Assembly: GCA_049971295.1 (NCBI GenBank)
Contig: JBMFLH010000056.1
Location: forward strand, 1 to 12,744
Reading direction: 5' to 3'
From: Candidatus Ratteibacteria bacterium
GTDB taxonomy: Bacteria; Ratteibacteria; UBA8468; B48-G9; DTJG01
DNA: 12,744 bases
Positions 6,298 through 12,744 of the stretch are shown here, piece after piece; positions within the stretch are counted from its first letter, which is position 1, and the number at the start of each line of letters is the position of its first letter. The translations under genes and the position numbers were made by a program. Below the pieces are notes generated by a model. That model saw nothing but the letters and a program-made list of their open reading frames with translations, was not told where the DNA came from and ran no database searches.

Positions 6298-8787
6298 TTA
6301 TTTCTTGCATTCATCTGGTATCATCATTGTATCCCTGCTGAAACCGAAAACCTTTGGAACATTCAGCATGATGGGAGAAGGTGTATAAAGTTTGTGATGT
6401 GAAAACGCCCATACTTTTCCATCCTGGGATTTCGGTACATCAGCAATAATAATTTTTGTCCCTTCATATTGAATTTCCTTTCCATCGCCATCGTAAATTT
6501 TTATCGGAACAACGCTTTCACAGTACATTGCAAGTTTTTTTGTATTTTTGGGGACAAAAAAATAGATGGTTTTCTGCCAGTCTGCAATCACAATATTATC
6601 AACAACAACAAATGGAAGCCAGTCAGGAAATTCAATGGAAAAAGTCAGTTTCTGGTCAGACACATCCATCGTGTAAGATGTTTTTTCTTTTACCGGAATA
6701 GTAATTTCATGTGGCATACCATCAGGTTGAATAAATGAGTCAAAAACAACCTTTGTTGCGTCATCCCTGACAATGCAACGGTCCCCAGGATGATTTCCCC
6801 TGTTACCAACCGTAATCCTGAGTGTCAAACTTTTCACCCCTTCTGGCACATAAAAGGCAAAAGAGTGATTTCCCCAGAAAGAGTGCGTTGAAATATATTT
6901 TGTTTCAGAAGGAACAATAATTAATTCTCTTAAAGGAACAAGTTTTGTTGTATCATAGTTTTTAGGTTCAAAATCATACGCTCTGTATTTTTCAATGCCA
7001 TTTCTTACCATTTTATCAAGTTCTTCAGATGTAACAGGATTGATGCTTTCCCATTTTTCTTTATTTTTGAAATCCCACTGTTGTCTTAACTCAGGGTCAG
7101 ATTCATATCTATTTACAATCAACTGGTGCATTCTGTAAACATGTACCATTGTTGAATCATAAATTCTCCACATAAAATTCAATAGATTTTCTACTGCCTG
7201 TTTTCTTTCTGGAGAACCAGGTTTTTCTGAGGTGTAATCATAAAAAAGGGAAAGATATATCAGATACTTTTTGTAGTCATCAATTCTTGCTTTGACCTGC
7301 GGATTCTTAGCCAGTTTATCGGCTTCTGAAATGTCCCTGAAAGAAAGTGCTAATTCGTGGTCTGTCAACATAAAAGATTTCGCCCATCTTTCAAGCATTT
7401 TCCTCATAGGTTTTTCTGCTTCACCAAATGCCTTTTTATAAAAATCTTCAAGAAGTTGCTTTTCATCTACGGCTGGATTCCACAGAATTCTTGAAGAAAG
7501 ATACCATGTAATGCCCACTGCTCCACTGCTGTACGTGCTTTCAGAAAGAAATGCTGCCACATGATTTTTGTGCCAGAACCTGATTTTTTTTGCAGGTGTC
7601 TCAAGATAATTCAATGATGGCATGTCATTTGTCCAATCAGGAATAGACCAGTAATCGTATACGCCAAAAAACTTTATCTTCTTTCCCCACATCTGAATCA
7701 GTTCATCTCCAGAATAACCTGTTCTCTGAAACCCGTATGGCACCACCACAACATACACATTTGGTTCAAGGGCAATATCTGGAACAGCGGCGTGCTCATT
7801 GTAGGCAAGCAAACTCACATATTTACCAGGATACTGTTTTGCCACTTCCCTTGCCACGTGATTTGCAAGAGAAAACACTCTATCGCTGACAGTGCCCAAT
7901 TTTTTACATTCTGCGCATTCGCAATGGCCGCCCCCATCTGATGGTTCAACGCTGACAGCAAACGAGCCGGGTCCATCCGGGTCTGCATCAATCTGCCGTT
8001 TCAATTGTTTTAATCGATCACTGATATAAAGTTCTATCAGACCCGGATTTGAATAACAGGGCTTTGTTCCAGGGCTCCACGGCTGTCTTTTGCCACCAAT
8101 TTCAGCAAGATATTCAGGATGTTCTTGAAGTATGGCTTTGTTTGCTGTGTTAAAGGCTTCGCCAGCATGGCCTGAGATTCTGATTTCGCCACCAAGAAAG
8201 TTTCTTTTTTTCCACGCCTCCCACTTTTTTGCCAATTTCATTTCCTGGTCAACAGGCAGCTTCCCGCCAAATCCCCCGGTTCCAAAAAAGTCCCTTTGTT
8301 TGAAAGCAGGACTTTCAACTTTATTGATGTTCCTCGTGATATTGTTTAATGATGGTATGATTGTCCAGTTTTCTCCAGGGAAAAACCATCTATAACCGAG
8401 CATTTCAAGATATTTGTAAATTCCATATTGAATTGCAGCATCAGAATTTCCAGAGATGTATAATCTGTCAGAACCCTGAGAAAAAAGCACAAACGTTTCT
8501 TTCCCTGTGTTCTTTAAAGCATTTTGTAGTTGCCTGGATAAATTTTGAGAATTGACATCCAGAAGAAAAATTCCGTTTTCGGGTATTTGCTTTGTAATGT
8601 TGAAATTCTTGCCTGTTCCTTTTGCAAGCCAGAACCCAAGTTCCTGTGCCATGTCTTTAAGTTTCTGGGAGGCATTTTCTTCCACAAAAATGTTGCCTCC
8701 ATAGAACAGGTCTTTTGTCTGACAGAAAAGCATAACTGCTGAACACAAAAAAGTAGCCATTAAAACAGAAATTATTGTTTTTCTCAT
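6298..8787 (-). CDS. Secreted DUF4838-type protein, probable glycoside-hydrolase-like enzyme
   Basis: 829 aa. N-terminal signal peptide (MRKTIISVLMATFLCSAVMLFC). N-terminal domain of the GH20-domain-2/GH67N type (ETFVL...LYISG...YGIYKYLEMLGYRWFFPG...P.FKQR). DUF4838-typical motifs HPEYLA, CYSNP, PSDGGGHCECAEC and LLAY, then YLSSRILWNP. Beta-rich C-terminal region. Confidence 0.75.
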   Translation of the reverse strand: MRKTIISVLMATFLCSAVMLFCQTKDLFYGGNIFVEENASQKLKDMAQELGFWLAKGTGKNFNITKQIPENGIFLLDVNSQNLSRQLQNALKNTGKETFVLFSQGSDRLYISGNSDAAIQYGIYKYLEMLGYRWFFPGENWTIIPSLNNITRNINKVESPAFKQRDFFGTGGFGGKLPVDQEMKLAKKWEAWKKRNFLGGEIRISGHAGEAFNTANKAILQEHPEYLAEIGGKRQPWSPGTKPCYSNPGLIELYISDRLKQLKRQIDADPDGPGSFAVSVEPSDGGGHCECAECKKLGTVSDRVFSLANHVAREVAKQYPGKYVSLLAYNEHAAVPDIALEPNVYVVVVPYGFQRTGYSGDELIQMWGKKIKFFGVYDYWSIPDWTNDMPSLNYLETPAKKIRFWHKNHVAAFLSESTYSSGAVGITWYLSSRILWNPAVDEKQLLEDFYKKAFGEAEKPMRKMLERWAKSFMLTDHELALSFRDISEADKLAKNPQVKARIDDYKKYLIYLSLFYDYTSEKPGSPERKQAVENLLNFMWRIYDSTMVHVYRMHQLIVNRYESDPELRQQWDFKNKEKWESINPVTSEELDKMVRNGIEKYRAYDFEPKNYDTTKLVPLRELIIVPSETKYISTHSFWGNHSFAFYVPEGVKSLTLRITVGNRGNHPGDRCIVRDDATKVVFDSFIQPDGMPHEITIPVKEKTSYTMDVSDQKLTFSIEFPDWLPFVVVDNIVIADWQKTIYFFVPKNTKKLAMYCESVVPIKIYDGDGKEIQYEGTKIIIADVPKSQDGKVWAFSHHKLYTPSPIMLNVPKVFGFSRDTMMIPDECKK

Positions 8788-8800
8788 TTTGTCCCTTTTT

Positions 8801-8849
8801 TTGAAATTCTGATGATATACTATAATATAATCAAAATGGGTGACGTCAA
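8801..8849. promoter_or_regulatory. Candidate overlapping divergent promoters for the DUF4838 gene and the lipoprotein/oxidoreductase operon
   Basis: Minus strand TTGACG (8849-8844), N16, TATTAT (8827-8822). Plus strand TTGAAA (8801-8806) with two overlapping TATAAT boxes (8821-8826, 8826-8831) at suboptimal spacing (14 and 19 nt). Confidence 0.4.
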
Positions 8850-8945
8850 AACATCTATGGAATTAATTGTTCCCCATTGAGATAAGAGAACAGAGAAAAT
8901 TGTGAGGATAGCTCATTAAAGTTAGGAAAATCAAAAGGAGGCAAA

Positions 8946-9515
8946 ATGAAAAGCAAAATTTTATTAGGGCTGGTTCTGGCAGGGTTTCTTGCTGGATGCG
9001 CCATGGTAACGATTTATGTAACCTTTCCTGAAGAGAAGATTAAAAAAGCTGCTGAAGACATAGAGAAAATGATTGAATCAAAGCTAAGCAGCAGAGAACT
9101 GCTTTGCACTATATTTCATTTTGTGTCTGCGCCGGCTTTTGCCCAGGATGCATCTGTAAGTTCAGAAATTAAAACAGATTCGCCTGCAATTAGGCAAGCC
9201 ATTGAACAAATCAAATCATGGGCAGACGAACTGGCATCTTATAAAAAAGCAGGATATATCGGTGAGACACAGGACTACCAGGTGGCAATTGTGAAGTTGC
9301 CTGATGATGAGCAACTCGGGAAAAAGGTAACTGACATCGTTCAGAAAGAAAACAAGCAGAGAAACATCATTCTTGAGGAAATCTTCCGCCTTAACAATGT
9401 TGCTCCAGAACAGAAACAGACATTCAGGGCTCTTTTTGCAAAAACAAAACTGAAAAATGTAAAACCTGGAGAGTGGTATCAGAATTCTGATGGTTCATGG
9501 GTCCAAAAAAAATGA
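8946..9515 (+). CDS. Lipoprotein with C-terminal YdbL/DUF1318-type domain
   Basis: 189 aa. Lipobox LAG-C18. N-terminal VTIYVTFPEEKIKKAAEDI. YdbL-like motifs KKAGYIGE, VQKENKQR and PGEWYQNSDGSWVQK. RBS AAGGAGG. Confidence 0.78.
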   Translation: MKSKILLGLVLAGFLAGCAMVTIYVTFPEEKIKKAAEDIEKMIESKLSSRELLCTIFHFVSAPAFAQDASVSSEIKTDSPAIRQAIEQIKSWADELASYKKAGYIGETQDYQVAIVKLPDDEQLGKKVTDIVQKENKQRNIILEEIFRLNNVAPEQKQTFRALFAKTKLKNVKPGEWYQNSDGSWVQKK

Positions 9516-10555
9516 AATTAAAACTTCTCAATGGTTGCGAAGCTTCAGCTGAGGGCGCAATATCTGCTGGCTGCAAATTCTATGCGGGATATCCCATTAC
9601 TCCTCAAAATCGATACCCCGAATACATGAGCGAAAGAATGGAAGAAACAGGGGGTGTCTTTATTCAGGCAGAAAGTGAAACAGCCTCAATCAATATGGTG
9701 TTTGGTGCAGCTGCAGCAGGATTCAGGGCAATGACATCATCTTCAAGCCCAGGAATATCTTTGATGCAGGAGGGTATTTCGTATCTTGCAGGATGCGAGC
9801 TTCCAGCAGTGATTATTAATATGAACAGAGGAGGCCCAGGACTTGGGGATGTGACACCGAGTCAGTCAGATTATTTTCAATCAACTCGCGGTGGCGGACA
9901 TGGAGATTATCGCACCATTGTTCTTGCTCCATGGTCATGCCAGGAAATACACGACTTTACCTATCTTGCCTTTGACCTTGCCGATAAGTACAGAAACCCT
10001 GTTGTTGTTCTGGGAGACGGCTTGATTGCTCAGATGTATGAAACAGTGAGATTGAAACCGAGAAAGAAAAGGCTTCCAAAAAAACCATGGGCCATTGATG
10101 GATGCTATGGAAGAAAACCAAATTCACTCAAATCTCTTTTTCTCACCCCTGGTGTTCTTGAAGCCCATAACTGGAAACTTGCTGTAAAGTTTGCGAAAAT
10201 TGAAAAACGAGAAGTACGATATGAGTCATATAATTGCAGCAATGCAGAGTATCTTGTCGTCGGTTTTGGTACATGTGCAAGAATTGCAAAAGAGGCGGTT
10301 GAAAGAGCAAGACAGGAAGGAATGAACATAGGGCTTTTCAGGCCTGTGACTCTCTGGCCATTTCCATACTCACAACTTGCTGATTGCATGAAAGACACAA
10401 AGAAAATTCTTGTTGTTGAAATGAACCTTGGACAGATGATGGATGATGTGAAAATCGCAGCAAGAAATTCAGATGCAAGAATATTCTTTTATGGGAGGCC
10501 TGGTGGTGGAGTGCCGAATCCTGACGAAATTTATAAGGAGATAAAGAAAAAATGA
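9512..10555 (+). CDS. vorB: 2-oxoacid:ferredoxin oxidoreductase alpha subunit, 3-methyl-2-oxobutanoate (VOR) type
   Basis: GYPITPQ, FIQAESE, MTSSSSPGISLMQEGISYLAG.ELP, RGGPGLG, QSDYFQ..RGGGHGDY, RPVTLWPFP, VEMNLGQM. Start set at ATG 9512, which overlaps the upstream stop (ATGA). Substrate specificity is inferred. Confidence 0.88.
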   Translation: MKLKLLNGCEASAEGAISAGCKFYAGYPITPQNRYPEYMSERMEETGGVFIQAESETASINMVFGAAAAGFRAMTSSSSPGISLMQEGISYLAGCELPAVIINMNRGGPGLGDVTPSQSDYFQSTRGGGHGDYRTIVLAPWSCQEIHDFTYLAFDLADKYRNPVVVLGDGLIAQMYETVRLKPRKKRLPKKPWAIDGCYGRKPNSLKSLFLTPGVLEAHNWKLAVKFAKIEKREVRYESYNCSNAEYLVVGFGTCARIAKEAVERARQEGMNIGLFRPVTLWPFPYSQLADCMKDTKKILVVEMNLGQMMDDVKIAARNSDARIFFYGRPGGGVPNPDEIYKEIKKK

Positions 10556-11298
10556 AGGTAATTTATCAAAAACCCGAAAGCTTAACCGATGATATTACAA
10601 CATACTGTCCTGGTTGCGGGCATGGAATTATTCAGAAACTCATTGCAGAAGTGATTGATGAACTTGATATTAGAGAAAAAACCATTGGTATTGCTCCTGT
10701 GGGCTGTGCTGTTCTTTCTTACAATTTTTTCAATTTTGATGTGACAGAGGCAGCGCATGGAAGAGCGCCCGCTGTTGCAACAGCAATAAAAAGATTACTT
10801 CCCACAAGGATTGTTTTCACCTATCAGGGTGATGGAGACCTTGCCGCGATTGGAACTGCAGAAATTGTTCATGCTGCTGCCAGGGCCGAAAATTTTTCTG
10901 TCATTTTCGTTAACAACGCTGTTTATGGAATGACAAAAGGACAGATGGCTCCAACAACCCTTGTGGGTCAGAAAACCACAACAACAGTTGATGGCAGGAT
11001 TCCGCAGATGCATGGTTTTCCGATAAGAGTATGCGAACTTCTTTTTTCTCTTGATGGTGTTACATATCTTGAAAGGACAACAATTTCTGATATACACGGA
11101 ATTCTTGCTACAAAAAAAGCGATAAAAAAAGCGTTTTTGTGGCAGATGGAAAACAAAGGCATGGGATTTGTTGAAGTTCTTTCAACCTGTCCGGTAAACT
11201 GGAAGAAAAGTCCCTCAGATGCCATGAAATGGATGAAGGAAACGATGGAAAAATATTATCCCGTAAGGGTTTTTAAAGATCCTGGAATAAATTTATGA
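10552..11298 (+). CDS. 2-oxoacid:ferredoxin oxidoreductase beta (TPP-binding) subunit
   Basis: YCPGCGHG, PVGC, AAHGRAPAVATA, TPP motif YQGDGD...NN, YGMTKGQMAPTT, EVLSTCPVNW. ATGA overlap with the alpha gene. Confidence 0.92.
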   Translation: MKVIYQKPESLTDDITTYCPGCGHGIIQKLIAEVIDELDIREKTIGIAPVGCAVLSYNFFNFDVTEAAHGRAPAVATAIKRLLPTRIVFTYQGDGDLAAIGTAEIVHAAARAENFSVIFVNNAVYGMTKGQMAPTTLVGQKTTTTVDGRIPQMHGFPIRVCELLFSLDGVTYLERTTISDIHGILATKKAIKKAFLWQMENKGMGFVEVLSTCPVNWKKSPSDAMKWMKETMEKYYPVRVFKDPGINL

Positions 11299-11948
11299 TA
11301 TTTTTTGTTCCACTATCCATACTGCTGGTATTTCTTTTCTTTTTGATTTTATTATTTCTTTTCTTTGTCGTTCTTCCAATACAGGCAGTAAGGATTGCCC
11401 TTGAAAAAATTGGGCTATCTCCTGCTGTTGCTTTTTTTGTACTTCTTGCATCACTTGTTGGCAGTTTCATTAATATACCTCTTGCTGTGAAAACTCCAGA
11501 TGGTTTTGTGTCTGCGTTTTCATATTCTGGGGGATTTTTGACTGATGTGCCCCATGATGTCAGTGTGATCGCAATTAATGTGGGTGGTGCAATTGTGCCA
11601 CTGTGTCTCTGTCTTTATCTTATTCCAAAAGCAAGATTTCTTCCAGTGTTTTTTGCCACAATTATCTCTGCGTTGGTATGTCATAAGCTTGCAAGAGTGG
11701 TTCCTGGTATTGGAGTGCAGTTACCTGCATTTATCCCGCCCATTGTTGCTGTGTTTCTTTCGTTTTTATTTTCACAGGGTAATAAAATTCCTGTAGCGTA
11801 TATCAGCGGGGTTTGCGGTGTTCTCATTGGCGCTGATTTGATGAATTTAGGAAATCTTGGAGATTTTGCCGGGATGATGAGCATCGGCGGTGCGGGTGTT
11901 TATGATGGAATTTTTCTTGTTGGAATTATCTCAGCACTCCTTGCATAA
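11295..11948 (+). CDS. DUF1614-family integral membrane protein
   Basis: 217 aa, multiple hydrophobic helices. Family motifs SLVGSFINIP, IAINVGGAIVP, ARVVPGIG, G.LIGADLMNL and SIGGAGVYDGIFL. ATGA overlap with the beta gene. Confidence 0.85.
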   Translation: MIFFVPLSILLVFLFFLILLFLFFVVLPIQAVRIALEKIGLSPAVAFFVLLASLVGSFINIPLAVKTPDGFVSAFSYSGGFLTDVPHDVSVIAINVGGAIVPLCLCLYLIPKARFLPVFFATIISALVCHKLARVVPGIGVQLPAFIPPIVAVFLSFLFSQGNKIPVAYISGVCGVLIGADLMNLGNLGDFAGMMSIGGAGVYDGIFLVGIISALLA

Positions 11949-12092
11949 AAATTATGGTATGTTGTGTAAAAGTTTACGAGAATGATACAGAGAAATAAAT
12001 AATACCAGAGATAGAATCATTATTGAATTCCTATTGTGAAATTACGTTCTATCCTTCGAAATGCAGGAATGAGTTTTTAATTTCAGCAACCG

Positions 12093-12101
12093 TGCTATAA
12101 T
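12093..12101 (+). promoter_or_regulatory. Extended -10 promoter (TGCTATAAT) directly ahead of the acetyltransferase start codon
   Basis: Perfect TGnTATAAT, 6 nt before GTG 12108. No Shine-Dalgarno sequence in between. Confidence 0.6.
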
Positions 12102-12107
12102 TTTACT

Positions 12108-12719
12108 GTGGAAGAACAACTGATTACAAGAGAAAAAATTGTCTCTGACCTGAAAGCGATCGGCGTTGAACAAGGAGATGTCCTTTTTATACACGCGTCT
12201 TTCAAAAGCATTGGAAAGGTAGAAGGTGGTGCTCAGACAGTGATTGATGCTCTGATGGACTCTGTCGGAGAAAACGGAACAATATTGATGCCAGTATTTA
12301 ATCTTGTAAAGGATCGGCTTGGCACATGGAATATAAAAACAACTCCGTCAACAACAGGATATCTTACAGAATATTTCAGAACAATGCCAGGCACTTTTCG
12401 TTCAGACCATTATTGCCATTCAGTTGCTGCCCGGGGCGCAAATGCCTGTGAATTTGTTTCAGGTCATCGTGGTGCAAAAGGCATGATTTCTCCCTGGGAC
12501 CACGAACAATTTGGATGTGATTTTGGATATGAAAGTCCTTTTATGAAACTCTACTCTCACCCAAAAAGCAAAATCCTGATGCTGGGTGTTGACTATCATT
12601 CATCAACCTTCTGTCATCTTGTTGAAGTGATTTTCTGGAATGAGAGGCTTCTGACTGATAAAAAGGCGGTCTATGTCTGGCTTAATAGAGAAAGGGTTAT
12701 GTTCTATTTTAGCCACTAA
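12108..12719 (+). pseudogene. AAC(3)/YokD-like (Antibiotic_NAT family) N-acetyltransferase, 3'-truncated by IS insertion
   Basis: Motifs GDVLFIHASFKSIG, GTILMP, TGYLTEYFR, RSDH..HSVAARG, SPF..L, ILMLGV and STFCHLVE. Only 203 aa, shorter than typical family members (roughly 250-290 aa). The last 8 codons (RVMFYFSH) and the stop are encoded across the IS inverted repeat starting at 12694. Confidence 0.75.
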
Positions 12720-12744
12720 ATTTCTTATTGTAAAATAGTTTATC
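12694..12744 (-). mobile_element. End of a putative insertion sequence (probable IRR, terminal inverted repeat at 12694-12719); element extends beyond the right window edge
   Basis: 21/26 match to the reverse complement of 28-53. Coincides with the premature end of the acetyltransferase. One minus-strand frame (DKLFYNKKFSG*) stops inside the repeat, compatible with a transposase C-terminus. Confidence 0.7.

Noticed and set aside
8841..8848. Perfect palindrome TGACGTCA as an operator
   Set aside because: Only 8 bp and seen once; it overlaps a candidate -35 but has no supporting second site.
9497..9511. Upstream ATG for the oxidoreductase alpha subunit
   Set aside because: ATG 9512 gives the same ATGA coupling as the other junctions and a typical N-terminus length before the G(N/C)EA motif.
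11949..12092. AT-rich intergenic region with a GATAGAA/TTCTATC inverted pair (12010-12016, 12047-12053) as ncRNA or terminator
   Set aside because: Short AT-rich arms with a 30-nt loop are expected by chance; no recognisable riboswitch, tRNA or terminator structure.
2803..12719. Complete aminoglycoside biosynthetic cluster with AAC(3) self-resistance gene
   Set aside because: No DOI synthase/cyclase, glycosyltransferase or exporter is present. The acetyltransferase is separated by an unrelated operon and is truncated.
1..12744. CRISPR array, tRNA/rRNA genes, phage or defence-system genes
   Set aside because: No regularly spaced repeats, RNA-gene signatures or matching protein motifs seen; intergenic gaps are all about 160 bp or less.

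Overview
AT-rich bacterial segment carrying 11 plausible protein genes, bounded at both edges by matching imperfect inverted-repeat ends of what looks like one insertion sequence (IS). Left half: a CocE/NonD serine hydrolase divergent from an AraC regulator, then an operon of two DegT/DnrJ/EryC1/StrS PLP aminotransferases and a Gfo/Idh/MocA dehydrogenase, converging on a large secreted DUF4838-type protein. This is a candidate amino-sugar/aminocyclitol processing locus. Right half: a four-gene ATGA-coupled operon (YdbL/DUF1318-type lipoprotein, 2-oxoacid:ferredoxin oxidoreductase alpha and beta of the VOR type, DUF1614 membrane protein), then an AAC(3)-family acetyltransferase whose 3' end appears cut off by the right-hand IS end. 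The main unannotated signals are: the IS ends (28-53 and 12694-12719); a promoter plus start-codon-occluding hairpin in the left IS end, next to a host promoter firing into it; three TATAAT-N6-start-codon (leaderless-type) arrangements; and a second, internal signal-peptide-like segment in the lipoprotein. All family calls come from motif recognition by eye; no searches were run.
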